A DNA stretch of 53,984 bases, taken from NCBI GenBank assembly GCA_045124835.1, contig JBGVMO010000153.1, forward strand, positions 1 through 53,984. The letters are read 5' to 3'. Positions 26,178 through 35,482 of this stretch are shown in pieces; within the stretch, counting starts at the first letter, position 1; the number at the start of each line of letters is the position of its first letter. The notes beneath the pieces are model-generated. The model searched no databases. It saw only the letters and a program-made list of their open reading frames with translations, and had not been told where the DNA came from. The DNA is from Eubacteriales bacterium (GTDB lineage: Bacteria; Bacillota; Clostridia; Oscillospirales; CAG-272). A program made the translations under genes and the position numbers.

Positions 26178-27005
26178 TTATAAGGAGTCTACCATGGAAA
26201 CAAACTTGCCCTTGGGCTTTTCCGTGGCAACCGAAAGCTCGGTGGGAACGAGAGAAACGAGCGAAAGCTCGTATGCCAAGGCAACCTCGGCATTTCCGAC
26301 GGCGTAAATATCTCCGTCGTATTCAACAGCCTTGACCTTGCCGATGTCCATGCCCTCGTCAAGCATAGCGGAAAGCTTTGCGGCCTTTGCCATATCTGCC
26401 TCATCGTCGCTGTATAGGAAGCGGCGGGGGCAAACGAAAGCGTAGCGACGGGAGCTGTCCTCCTGCCAGTCGGCAAAGCTTGCGAGAATGGCCTCGGCCA
26501 CGTCCTCGGGAGAGGCGTAGGTGGAGTCCACGATAATGGTATAATTGGAAAGATCCTTGCAGTTCACGCCGTATTTTTCAAAATAGCGCTTGTTTTCGCT
26601 TGCCTTGCGCGTCTTGATGTTGGCGGCGCATTCCTCAATGGTCTGTGCCTGCTCCGTGGAGCGCTTGGCGCTCAAAATTCTTTTGGCCGATTCGGCAAGC
26701 TCGGTCGTCATATAAACCTTGAAGGTTCCCTTGACGAAATGCCATGCCATACGGGAGTCAATGACCAAGGCCTTCTCCTCATCCGAGAGGGCAACAAGCC
26801 CATCGTCAATGTACTTATCAAACTCCGGATGCGCCTCCATGTACTGATTCATTTCCACAACGGAAAGACCGCGCTCTGCGGCAAATTTGCGACAAATAAC
26901 GCCCGTTGAATAAAATTCCGCACCGAGTCGCTCAATTAAAATGGCCGCGACCGTGCTTTTTCCGCTGCCCAAATCACCTGCCAAGGAAATCTTATTGGCT
27001 TTCAT
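26178..27005 (-). CDS. Cytidylate-kinase-like (P-loop NMP kinase family) protein with a roughly 90-aa C-terminal extension
   Basis: The P-loop is GDLGSGKST. The body resembles Cytidylate_kin2. The extra C-terminus (ADWQEDSSRRYAFVCPRRFLYSDDE...) matches no motif I recognise. The RBS is GAGGAG. Confidence 0.6.
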   Translation of the reverse strand: MKANKISLAGDLGSGKSTVAAILIERLGAEFYSTGVICRKFAAERGLSVVEMNQYMEAHPEFDKYIDDGLVALSDEEKALVIDSRMAWHFVKGTFKVYMTTELAESAKRILSAKRSTEQAQTIEECAANIKTRKASENKRYFEKYGVNCKDLSNYTIIVDSTYASPEDVAEAILASFADWQEDSSRRYAFVCPRRFLYSDDEADMAKAAKLSAMLDEGMDIGKVKAVEYDGDIYAVGNAEVALAYELSLVSLVPTELSVATEKPKGKFVSMVDSL

Positions 27006-27068
27006 AGCTTCTCCTCTTCAGTCCTCTTTCACAAGGAAAATGGTATATACTTCTATTTTAACTTATAT

Positions 27069-27097
27069 ATTGTACCTCAATTTCTGCGTTCTGTCAA
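27069..27097 (-). promoter_or_regulatory. Sigma-A promoter of the kinase-like/argS operon
   Basis: The minus strand reads TTGACA, a 17-nt spacer, then TACAAT. Confidence 0.6.
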
Positions 27098-27199
27098 CAC
27101 CGAAGCGGCGGTTTTTTTAAAAAAGTTGTCGGCATTTGTGCGTTTTGCAAAGGAATAAAGAAGAAAAAATAAAAAAATCAGAAAATCTTTCAAAAACTA

Positions 27200-27228
27200 T
27201 GGACAAAAAGAAAAAAAGAAGGTATGAT
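27200..27228 (+). promoter_or_regulatory. Candidate promoter of uxaC
   Basis: It reads TGGACA, a 17-nt spacer, then TATGAT. Confidence 0.45.
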
Positions 27229-27266
27229 AGAAGGGTAGAAAAAAATCCCCGAAAGGAATAAAACAA

Positions 27267-28592
27267 ATGCGTTTTTTTGATGAAGAGCTGCTTCTTTACC
27301 ACGAGGCCTCTAAGGAAATTTACAAGAGCGTGAAGGCGTTGCCCATTGTGGATTATCATTGCCATCTGAACCAGAGGCTGATTGCAGAGGACGCGCATTT
27401 TTCAAGCCTTGGCGAGCTTTGGCTTGCAGGCGACCACTATAAGTGGCGCGCGATGCGTATCTGCGGTGTGGATGAAAAATATATCACGGGAGACGCCGAC
27501 TATTACGAAAAGTTTTTGCATTATGCGGCCATTATGCCGCGTCTTGCGGGTAACCCCCTCTATTATTGGACGCATATGGAGCTTGCGCAAATCTTTGATA
27601 TTCACGAGCCCTTGTCTTCCGAAACGGCGCCCGATATTTACGAAAGAGCCAACAAGGTTTTGAAAAATCTTTCCGTTCGCGCGCTTTTAAAGCGCTTTGG
27701 CGTTTCTTACATTGCCACAACGGATGACCCGATTGATGACCTTGCGCTTCACGGCGAGTATGACGGAATTACCGTTCGTCCCACCTTCCGCCCCGATAAG
27801 CTTTTTACGCTTGATGGGGCGTATCTTGCCAAGCTTTCTGCGGCCGCCGGCGTTGAAACGGACACGCTTGAGGGCTTGAAGCGCGCTATCTCCTTGCGTT
27901 TGGATTATTTTGAAAGCAAGGGCTGTAAGATTTCCGACCATGCCTTCGTTACCTTCCCCAAGCGCTACGCAAGTGACGAGGAGGCCGCGCACCTCTATGC
28001 CAACCGCGAAAGCCTTACTGCCGAGCAGAAGGATGCCTTCCTTGGCTGGATACTTCTGTTCTTGACGAAGGAATATGCCCGTCGCGGCATCGTGATGCAG
28101 CTGCATTTTGCCGCAATCCGCAACAACAACCCTGCCATGTATCAGAAGCTCGGCGTGGATTCGGGCTTCGATTTGCCGGGAGATGCGCCCATTATTGAGG
28201 ACGTGGTGGCCTATTTTGCCAAAACGCCCGACGAGGCGCGTCCCGAAACGGTGCTTTATACCTTGAATGACAGCAACATTTCCGACCTTTCGGCCATCAC
28301 GGGCGCCTTCCGTCACGTGCGTATGGGCGCGGCTTGGTGGTTCAACGATACGGTTGAGGGTATCCGTCGCAACCTGAAGGCCATTGGCGAATATTCCGTT
28401 CTCGGTACCTCCTTCGGTATGCTGACGGATAGCCGCTCCTTTGCCTCTTACGTGCGCTTCGACTTCTTCCGCCGTTTGCTTGCCGAGCATCTTGGTGAGC
28501 TTGTTTCGCGCGGTGAGTACGATATGGCGGCCGCTATGGAGCTTGCCAAGCAGGTCTGCTATGACAATATTGCCGAGACCCTTGGCCTTTGA
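27267..28592 (+). CDS. uxaC: Glucuronate (uronate) isomerase
   Basis: 441 aa. It has PIVDYHCHL and GDHYKWRAMR. Confidence 0.88.
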   Translation: MRFFDEELLLYHEASKEIYKSVKALPIVDYHCHLNQRLIAEDAHFSSLGELWLAGDHYKWRAMRICGVDEKYITGDADYYEKFLHYAAIMPRLAGNPLYYWTHMELAQIFDIHEPLSSETAPDIYERANKVLKNLSVRALLKRFGVSYIATTDDPIDDLALHGEYDGITVRPTFRPDKLFTLDGAYLAKLSAAAGVETDTLEGLKRAISLRLDYFESKGCKISDHAFVTFPKRYASDEEAAHLYANRESLTAEQKDAFLGWILLFLTKEYARRGIVMQLHFAAIRNNNPAMYQKLGVDSGFDLPGDAPIIEDVVAYFAKTPDEARPETVLYTLNDSNISDLSAITGAFRHVRMGAAWWFNDTVEGIRRNLKAIGEYSVLGTSFGMLTDSRSFASYVRFDFFRRLLAEHLGELVSRGEYDMAAAMELAKQVCYDNIAETLGL

Positions 28593-28621
28593 TTCTAAAA
28601 GCGAAAACGAACGGAGAGTAT

Positions 28622-29305
28622 ATGAAAATCGGAATTATTGCCGCTATGAAAATTGAAGCCGAGCTTTTGAAGGCGCATCTTACGGGCGGCAAAAGCGAAC
28701 GCATCAGCGGAATTGAATTTATCGCAGGAAAATGGAATAATGCAGAGGTTGTCCTTGCCGTTTGCAGCGAGGGTAAGGTCAATGCCGCTCTTTGCGCAGA
28801 AGCGATGATTTTGCGCTACGCACCCGACGCCGTTATCAATACGGGCGTTGCCGGTGGCCTTTCGCCAACGCTTCACGTGCCGGACGTTGCCGTTGCAACG
28901 GCGGTTGCAGAGCACGATATGGATATGTCTCCCTTGGGCTATGCGAAGGGAGACGTGCTGATAAACGACCGCGTGCATTCTCTTTTCGAGGCAGATAAGG
29001 AGTGGACGATGCGGCTTCTTGCCGCCGCCGAGCAAGCGGGAAGTCACGTTGAAGCGGGCGTTATCGTATCGGGAGATGCCTTTATTGCCGACCCTGTCAA
29101 AAAAGAGGAGCTTTGCCGTCGGTATAACGCCGTTGCCTGCGAGATGGAGGGCGGCGCTATCGGACATACCTGTTACGTCAACGGCGTTCCCTTTGCCGTT
29201 TTGCGCGCCATTTCCGACACGGCGGACGATGGAACGGCCTATCAGCCTGCGCGTGCGGCGGCCATTTCCGAGCGCATCCTTGCAAGTGTCCTGACGGCGC
29301 TTTGA
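28622..29305 (+). CDS. mtnN: 5'-methylthioadenosine/S-adenosylhomocysteine nucleosidase
   Basis: It has MKIGIIAAMKIEAELL, EGKVNAA and CEMEGGAIGH. I prefer the ATG at 28622 (RBS GGAGAG). The track ORF starts at an upstream TTG. Confidence 0.88.
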   Translation: MKIGIIAAMKIEAELLKAHLTGGKSERISGIEFIAGKWNNAEVVLAVCSEGKVNAALCAEAMILRYAPDAVINTGVAGGLSPTLHVPDVAVATAVAEHDMDMSPLGYAKGDVLINDRVHSLFEADKEWTMRLLAAAEQAGSHVEAGVIVSGDAFIADPVKKEELCRRYNAVACEMEGGAIGHTCYVNGVPFAVLRAISDTADDGTAYQPARAAAISERILASVLTAL

Positions 29306-29323
29306 GAGAAAACAACCCTGCTC

Positions 29324-29365
29324 TTGATGCAGTACCTTGAAAAAACTGCGTCAAGGGCTCTTTTT
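29324..29365 (+). terminator. Terminator after mtnN
   Basis: TTGATGCAGT pairs with ACTGCGTCAA (one G-U pair). TTTTT follows 6 nt later. Confidence 0.5.
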
Positions 29366-29385
29366 CTTTTGCCTGCAAAAAGAAC

Positions 29386-29414
29386 TTGACTTTCCTTGCT
29401 TTGTATGGTATACT
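29386..29414 (+). promoter_or_regulatory. Sigma-A promoter of the AraC-family gene
   Basis: It reads TTGACT, a 17-nt spacer, then TATACT. Confidence 0.55.
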
Positions 29415-29495
29415 TAACAAATCTTATATTGTTTTAATGTTATTTTAAGCAAACGGCCTTGAAGCGTATGGCAATGTGCAAAACGGAGGAAGCGT

Positions 29496-30377
29496 ATGAA
29501 GGAAGCCTTGTATAAAACCTTGCTTTGTACGGTGGAGGACGTTTCGGCTTGTGCCGTTCTGGATTTCGGCTTTTTTCATCACGAGAGAAAAACGGTGGAG
29601 GCACATCGGCACATCCAGCCCGAGCTTCACGTTTGTATTGAGGGAAGCTACCGCTTGGAAAACGTGAAGGGTGATGCCTTCCTTGATATGAAGGCAGGGA
29701 GCGTTGCCTTGGTTGGGGGCGGCTATTGGCACAGCACCGTGGTGATAGGAGAATCCGCGCAGGAATACACGCTTCGCTTAGAGCTTTCCGAAATAAAGGA
29801 CAAGGCGGGAAAAAAGCCCCTCTTTTCCGCGCTTTCGGCGCGGCTTTCCAAGGGCGAAGGGTTCATTTCGCTTGCTTTGCCGCGCGCATTATCCCTGCTT
29901 TCCTCCATACAAGGAGAGCTTGAGTCGCGCACCGTTGGCGGCTATGCGGCCGCAGAGGCGTATTTTCGGATTCTGACGGTGGATGCCCTGCGTGCGCTTT
30001 TGACGGAAAGCGAGAGCGAGGGAGAGAAAGCAACCGGGACAGACGCGGAAATAGATAGAAAAGAAAGTCTTGAAAAGCTTTTGCAGCAGGAATACGCCAA
30101 TCCTGACTTTTCCGTTACCCTTTTGGCAGAGAGCCTCGGCTTCAGCGTGCGGCAGGTAAATCGCCTGTTTTTGCTCTTTTATGGGCAAAGCTTTCGCGAT
30201 GCGTTGTCGGAGCTTCGCCTTTATAACGCCCAAAGGCTTTTGCTGCGCACCTCATTGCCTATGGCGGAGATAGCCTTGCGCGTTGGGTATCGGGAGCCCT
30301 CCGGCTTTTATACTGCCTTTCGCAAGCGCTTTTCGATGTCTCCGCGGCAATACCGCATTCAAAACGGCATAGAATAA
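29496..30377 (+). CDS. AraC-family transcriptional regulator (cupin-like N-terminus, HTH_18 C-terminus)
   Basis: The C-terminus reads LAESLGFSVRQVNRLF...MAEIALRVGYREPSGFYTAFRKRFSMSPRQYR. Confidence 0.85.
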   Translation: MKEALYKTLLCTVEDVSACAVLDFGFFHHERKTVEAHRHIQPELHVCIEGSYRLENVKGDAFLDMKAGSVALVGGGYWHSTVVIGESAQEYTLRLELSEIKDKAGKKPLFSALSARLSKGEGFISLALPRALSLLSSIQGELESRTVGGYAAAEAYFRILTVDALRALLTESESEGEKATGTDAEIDRKESLEKLLQQEYANPDFSVTLLAESLGFSVRQVNRLFLLFYGQSFRDALSELRLYNAQRLLLRTSLPMAEIALRVGYREPSGFYTAFRKRFSMSPRQYRIQNGIE

Positions 30378-30393
30378 AAAAGGGAGAATACCA

Positions 30394-31971
30394 TTGATTA
30401 CAGTTAGCAATTTAAGCTTTCATTTTGGCGGCCAGCTGCTTTTTAAGGACGTGGACTTGCAATTCGCGGGCGGCAACTGCTATGGCATTATCGGCGCCAA
30501 CGGCGCAGGAAAATCCACCTTTCTGAAGCTGCTCTGCGGTGAGCTTGAGCCCTCCACGGGCGCAGTCTCCATTTTGCCCAACGCGCGTCTTTCGGTTTTG
30601 CGGCAGGATCACTTTGCGTTTGATGCCGAAACCGTTCTTGACACCATTCTGTCGGGCAACGAGCGCCTTTTCTCCATTATGAAGGAGAAGGATTTGCTTT
30701 ACGCCAAGGAGGACTTCACCGAGGAGGATGGACTTCGTGCCTCGGAGCTTGAGGCGGAGTTTGCCGAAATGAACGGCTGGGAGGCCGAATCGGATGCCGG
30801 CAAGCTTTTGGAGGGCCTCGGTCTTTCGGATTCGATGCTGTACGACGTAATGGGAACCTTAAAGGAGGCCGAAAAGATTAAGGTGCTGCTTGCGCGCGCC
30901 CTTTTTGGAAATCCCGATATTATTTTGCTTGACGAGCCTACCAACGGCTTGGATATAGACGCAGTTTTGTGGCTTGAGGATTTCTTGGCTGATTATTTCG
31001 GTACCGTCCTTGTCGTTTCGCACGACCGTCACTTTCTCAATGACGTTTGTACCAACATCGTCGATATTGACTATGGCGCTATCAAAATGTACGTAGGAAA
31101 CTACGAGTTCTGGTACGAGTCGAGCCAGCTTGTGCAGCGTATGATTAAGCAGCAAAACAAGCGCGCCGAGGAAAAAATCCGTGAGCTGCAAAGCTTTATC
31201 TCGCGCTTCTCGGCCAACAAATCCAAATCCCGTCAGGCAACCTCCCGTCGCAAGCTTTTGGAAAAGCTGACGGTGGAGGAAATGCCTGCCTCCTCTCGCC
31301 GCTATCCCTTTATCGGCTTTGATATGGATAGGGAAGCGGGCAAGGACATCTTGCGCGTTGACGGGCTTTCTAAGAATGGGCTTTTCAAAAACGTAACCTT
31401 CACGGCGCGCAAGGGAGACAAAATCGCCTTTCTTGGAGACGAGCTTGCCATTACCGCCCTTTTCCGTGTTTTGATGGAGGAGCTTGAGGCGGACGCGGGC
31501 GAATTCAAATGGGGCGTCAGCATCACAACCTCGTATTTTCCGCACGATAATACACCGTATTTTTCGGGCTGTAACGAAAGCATTATTGACTGGATGCGGC
31601 GCTACTCCAAGGATCAGACGGAAACCTATCTTCGCGGCTTCCTTGGCAGAATGCTTTTTTCGGGTGACAGCGTTTTCAAGCCCGTTTCGGTGCTTTCGGG
31701 TGGCGAAAAGGTGCGCTGTATGTTCTCGCGTATGATGCTCTTCGGCTCTAATGCCCTTTTGCTTGATCAGCCGACCGACCACTTGGACTTGGAATCCATC
31801 ACCGCCGTCAACAACGGTCTTTCCGATTTTAAGGGAAACGTGTTTTTCTATACGCACGACTACGAAATGATAAATACCGTTGCCAACCGTATCATTGAAA
31901 TTTTGCCCGATGGCATCCGCGATTTCGACGGAAGCTACGAGGACTATCTGGCCAAGCAAAAGGCAGAATAA
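30394..31971 (+). CDS. ABC-F family ATPase (two ABC cassettes, no TMD)
   Basis: 525 aa. Walker A is GANGAGKST. There are two cassettes with LSGGEK and an inter-domain linker. The start is TTG, after AGGGAG. Confidence 0.88.
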   Translation: MITVSNLSFHFGGQLLFKDVDLQFAGGNCYGIIGANGAGKSTFLKLLCGELEPSTGAVSILPNARLSVLRQDHFAFDAETVLDTILSGNERLFSIMKEKDLLYAKEDFTEEDGLRASELEAEFAEMNGWEAESDAGKLLEGLGLSDSMLYDVMGTLKEAEKIKVLLARALFGNPDIILLDEPTNGLDIDAVLWLEDFLADYFGTVLVVSHDRHFLNDVCTNIVDIDYGAIKMYVGNYEFWYESSQLVQRMIKQQNKRAEEKIRELQSFISRFSANKSKSRQATSRRKLLEKLTVEEMPASSRRYPFIGFDMDREAGKDILRVDGLSKNGLFKNVTFTARKGDKIAFLGDELAITALFRVLMEELEADAGEFKWGVSITTSYFPHDNTPYFSGCNESIIDWMRRYSKDQTETYLRGFLGRMLFSGDSVFKPVSVLSGGEKVRCMFSRMMLFGSNALLLDQPTDHLDLESITAVNNGLSDFKGNVFFYTHDYEMINTVANRIIEILPDGIRDFDGSYEDYLAKQKAE

Positions 31972-32053
31972 AGCCTTCCTTCCGCATTCGGCGTTCTGTA
32001 TAGAACGCTCTACAAGGGGAAATCCCGATAAAGAACGAAAAAGGAGAAATACG

Positions 32054-32779
32054 ATGAACGATACCATAATCAAGGTTTTGGGGTACAATTTACCCTCTGC
32101 GTGCTGGGAATGGTTGATTCGCATTCTCGTTGCAGCGCTTTGCGGCGCGGCCATCGGTATTGAGCGCGGCATCAGACAAAAGGAGGCAGGCATCAGAACC
32201 CATTCTATCGTGGCAATGGCCGCCGCCGTCTTTATGATAGTCTCAAAATACGCCTTCTTTGACCTTTCCACCGAGGCGGAAATGCTCTTGGCAGGCACCA
32301 AGGGGGCAGACCCCTCCCGTATTGCCTCGCAGGTTGTCAGCGCCATCGGTTTTTTGGGCGCCGGCATCATTTTCAGAGGCAAGGGTGCGGTAAAGGGCTT
32401 GACCACCGCCGCAGGCGTTTGGGCAACGGCGGCTATTGGTCTTGCCATTGGTGGCGGGCTTTACACCATCGGTATTGTTGCAACCGTCCTTCTGTTGCTT
32501 GTAAACATTTGCTTACATAAGTGGCTGATTAAGCTTGAGGCGATGTCCACAAGCGAGTTTTCCTTCTTGATGGAGGATAAGCCGGACGTGTTGGATCACC
32601 TTCGCAAGCAGCTGGACGACCGCAAAATTCAGGTGCAGACAATGGACGTAAAAAAGCAGGAGCATGGGCGTTTGCAGGTGCGCATTGTGGCGCGCATTGC
32701 CAAGAATGCGGCGCTTAACGATTTCCTTTTGTTCTTGAACGATAACCCAGATATCCGCAATTTTACGGCGCAAATTTAA
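32054..32779 (+). CDS. mgtC: MgtC/SapB family membrane protein
   Basis: It has LVAALCGAAIGIERGIRQKEAGIRTH. The ATG at 32054 follows AAGGAG. The longer track ORF (from 31880) overlaps the ABC-F gene. Confidence 0.85.
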   Translation: MNDTIIKVLGYNLPSACWEWLIRILVAALCGAAIGIERGIRQKEAGIRTHSIVAMAAAVFMIVSKYAFFDLSTEAEMLLAGTKGADPSRIASQVVSAIGFLGAGIIFRGKGAVKGLTTAAGVWATAAIGLAIGGGLYTIGIVATVLLLLVNICLHKWLIKLEAMSTSEFSFLMEDKPDVLDHLRKQLDDRKIQVQTMDVKKQEHGRLQVRIVARIAKNAALNDFLLFLNDNPDIRNFTAQI

Positions 32780-32790
32780 AGAGCGTAAAG

Positions 32791-32823
32791 GCCTTGCTTT
32801 CAAACGAAAGCAAGGCTTTTTTT
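32791..32823 (+). terminator. Intrinsic terminator after mgtC
   Basis: GCCTTGCTTTC pairs with GAAAGCAAGGC around a 4-nt loop. TTTTTTT follows. Confidence 0.85.
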
Positions 32824-32851
32824 ATAGAAAAACGGCAAGAGCCTTTGCAAA

Positions 32852-32880
32852 GAAAAATGCCTCGGCAGAGGGCCGAGGCA
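32852..32880 (-). terminator. Intrinsic terminator after the CNNM/CorC gene
   Basis: On the minus strand, TGCCTCGGC pairs with GCCGAGGCA. TTTTTCTTT follows. Confidence 0.8.
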
Positions 32881-32894
32881 TCGGGCTATTGAGA

Positions 32895-34193
32895 TTATTC
32901 CTCGTCAGATTTCTTAAAGAGCTTGAAGGGCTTATCCTCGTCCTCGTTTTCATCCTCGTCGGGAAGAATGGTGATTTGCGCCTTGGAAATGCGGCGCTCA
33001 TCGGTCAGAAGCAGGGTAACGGAAAGATTGCCCTCCACGAAGGTGTCGCCCTCGTTGGGAAGCGTGCCGAGCTTGCTCGTGATCCAGCCGGCAACCGAGT
33101 TGTCCTCATCGCTGTCAATGCCGAAGATTTCGCAGAATTCATACCAGTTTGCATCGCCGTCAACGCGGTAGGTGTTCTCGTCAATCTTGGTGATGGTTTC
33201 AACAACCTCATCGTGCTCATCCCAAATTTCGCCAACCAGCTCCTCCAAAATATCCTCCATCGTCACGATACCGAGTGTGCCGCCGTAGCTATCATCAACA
33301 ACGGCAATGTGCGACTGGCTCTTTTGAAGCATACGGAGAAGCACGCTGATTTTCATGGACTTGGGAACAAAAACGGGCTCCGTCATAATCTCGGAGATAG
33401 GCTTCTCGGAAACGCCCGTTCCCGTGTAAAAGTCCTTCTGGTGAATCACGCCCACGATAGAGTCAATGCTGTCGCGATACACGAGAATACGGGAGTAGCG
33501 CGTGTCGGTGAAGACGGCGGCAATCTCCTCCTTGGTTGCCTCGGTGGAAACGGCCTCAAGCGAAACGCGGGGGGTCAGAATGCCTTCAACGTCGCGGTCG
33601 GTAAACTCCAAGGCGTTGTGCAAAAGCTTGCCCTCCTCCTCGTCAATGCCGCCCTCCTCAACAACCTCCTCCACGAGAAGCGAAAGCTCATCTTGGGTCA
33701 GCGTGCGGCTTTCGCCGTTCTTGAAGATAAGGGAAAGCAGCTTTTTCCAAAGAGAGAAGAGCGCAACGAAGGGGAAGAGAAGCAGCATAAAGAAGCGGAT
33801 AAAGGGGGTTGCAACGATGGCAAAGCGCTCGGGTGACTCCTTGGCAATGGTTTTGGGAGAGATTTCACCGAAAATCAAAACCGCAACCGTCAAAACAACG
33901 GTCGAAAGCGTCGTTCCGAGACTGTCGCCGAAGCCGAGAAGCTTGACGAAAAGAATCGTTCCAAGGGAGGCTGCGGCAATGTTCACGATGTTGTTGCCGA
34001 TAAGAATGGTGGAAAGAAGTCTGTCATATTTCTCGGAAAGCGCAAGTGCCTTGATGGCACCCTTCGAGCCCTTCTCGCCCATATCCTTGAGCCTCGTTTT
34101 GTTTAAAGAGGAAAAGGCCGTTTCGGAGGCCGAGAAAAATGCAGAAAGCAAAACAAGTAGCACGATAACTAAAATTGTGCTGATGGTATTCAT
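32895..34193 (-). CDS. CNNM/HlyC-CorC family transporter (DUF21 + CBS pair + CorC_HlyC), putative Mg2+/Co2+ efflux
   Basis: 432 aa. The N-terminal TM domain contains LSAFFSASETAF. A CBS pair follows, and the C-terminal transporter-associated domain is present. Confidence 0.85.
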   Translation of the reverse strand: MNTISTILVIVLLVLLSAFFSASETAFSSLNKTRLKDMGEKGSKGAIKALALSEKYDRLLSTILIGNNIVNIAAASLGTILFVKLLGFGDSLGTTLSTVVLTVAVLIFGEISPKTIAKESPERFAIVATPFIRFFMLLLFPFVALFSLWKKLLSLIFKNGESRTLTQDELSLLVEEVVEEGGIDEEEGKLLHNALEFTDRDVEGILTPRVSLEAVSTEATKEEIAAVFTDTRYSRILVYRDSIDSIVGVIHQKDFYTGTGVSEKPISEIMTEPVFVPKSMKISVLLRMLQKSQSHIAVVDDSYGGTLGIVTMEDILEELVGEIWDEHDEVVETITKIDENTYRVDGDANWYEFCEIFGIDSDEDNSVAGWITSKLGTLPNEGDTFVEGNLSVTLLLTDERRISKAQITILPDEDENEDEDKPFKLFKKSDEE

Positions 34194-34401
34194 GATAATC
34201 TCCTATGTATTGTAATCAAACGGTAAAACGACAAAAAGGCATACCCCTCTCTTACACGGTAAGGAGGGAAATGCCTTGCTTATGATAAATATGCGTATAA
34301 GTAAACGGCCTTGGCCGATAAAGCTGCTATCGTCGTGTTACAGTTCGTATCACTACTGTCCGCGTCCATACTGTGACTCTCACCTTCCTTCGTTCATATT
34401 A
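34194..34401 (-). promoter_or_regulatory. Roughly 200-nt structured leader with a terminator upstream of the CNNM/CorC gene; candidate Mg2+ riboswitch (partial M-box resemblance, unverified)
   Basis: The minus strand has AGGTGAG (34385-34379) and GTATGGA (34371-34365), as at the M-box 5' end. A long hairpin, AAGGCAT...ATGCCTT (34277-34236), is followed by TTTTTGTCGTTTT just before the RBS. Confidence 0.5.
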
Positions 34402-34407
34402 CCATAT

Positions 34408-34436
34408 ATTATATAAGAAATAAAACGGTTTGTCAA
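34408..34436 (-). promoter_or_regulatory. Consensus sigma-A promoter of the CNNM/CorC leader
   Basis: The minus strand reads TTGACA, a 17-nt spacer, then TATAAT. Confidence 0.7.
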
Positions 34437-34490
34437 GGGCAAATGGCAAAATAACCGAATTTTCCGTTTTTTTTGTGGAAAAACGGGGCA

Positions 34491-35387
34491 TTACAGCCTT
34501 TCTGCCGTGATAACGCCGTCCTTGACGATGAGGCGGCAGACGCGCGCGGTGCGGAAGGCCCCGTCAATTCTGTCGCGCCCATGGTAGATGGCGTAATAGT
34601 CACCCTGCCATTTGATAACACTGTGGTGGCCAACGCCCTCCTCCTCTTCCGTTTGGAAAAGAACGGGGTCAAAGCTTCCGTTTTTGCCCGTCACCTTTTC
34701 AAAGGTGATTTTGGTTAAGTCAGTTTCCTCAGTTTTGGCAATGGCGTAGCCGATGTGATAGGTGTCATTCTGGTAACAGCCGCCGCTATACATCAGATAG
34801 TGGTAATCGCCCTCTTTGAAATAGAAGGGGCCCTCTAAGGTGTGCCATTGCTTTTCGGCGTTGGGGTCATACTTAAAGATTTCCTCGTCCATCGTCGGAA
34901 CAATAAGCTCGCGGCAAAGCCCCTCGGGGGTGTCGGGGGAGAGAAGGCGGTCAACGTAAACGCGCGTGCCGATGCGGTCACCCTCGGTGCTGTTTTCTGC
35001 ATAAAAGAGGAAAAGGCCGCTTTCGTTTTTTACCGCGTGCGAGTCAATGGAAAAGCGAGGGTAAAGCTGCTTTTCAACGGTGAAGGGGCCAAGAGGGCTC
35101 TTTGCCTTCGCCACCACCATGAATTCCGAAAATTCCTCACCGACGGTGTTGAAGGAGGTATACATATAATAGTCATCCCCAATGCGAATCACGCTCGGCG
35201 CCCAAAAGTCCTCCTTTCCTTCCATTTGGCAAACGATGCCCTCGTCGTGCCAAAGTCCGAAAATGGAGTCGGCGGTAAAGGCGGTAACGCCCGTCTTTCC
35301 CGTCACGTATAAATAAAGGCGGCCCTCGTCCTCAAAAATAAAGGGGTCTGCCTGCGGATTCTGAATGTTGTCAAAAAGAAGCTTCAT
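34491..35387 (-). CDS. Glycoside hydrolase family 43-like (beta-xylosidase/arabinofuranosidase fold), no signal peptide
   Basis: The N-terminus reads NPQADPFIFEDEGRLYLYVTG, and FWAPSV and EGPFYFKEGDYHYLMYSG are present. I prefer the ATG at 35387. The upstream extension in the track is Cys/Phe-rich and looks like junk. Confidence 0.75.
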   Translation of the reverse strand: MKLLFDNIQNPQADPFIFEDEGRLYLYVTGKTGVTAFTADSIFGLWHDEGIVCQMEGKEDFWAPSVIRIGDDYYMYTSFNTVGEEFSEFMVVAKAKSPLGPFTVEKQLYPRFSIDSHAVKNESGLFLFYAENSTEGDRIGTRVYVDRLLSPDTPEGLCRELIVPTMDEEIFKYDPNAEKQWHTLEGPFYFKEGDYHYLMYSGGCYQNDTYHIGYAIAKTEETDLTKITFEKVTGKNGSFDPVLFQTEEEEGVGHHSVIKWQGDYYAIYHGRDRIDGAFRTARVCRLIVKDGVITAERL

Positions 35388-35419
35388 TGTGATGGCCTTT
35401 CTTAGCTTGGTGTAAAAAC

Positions 35420-35448
35420 AGTATAGCAGAAAGCAAGGAAAAAAGCAA
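35420..35448 (-). promoter_or_regulatory. Candidate promoter of the GH43 gene
   Basis: The minus strand reads TTGCTT, a 17-nt spacer, then TATACT. Confidence 0.45.
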
Positions 35449-35482
35449 GATAAAACAAGACAAAAACAGAGGGCTTTTGCAA

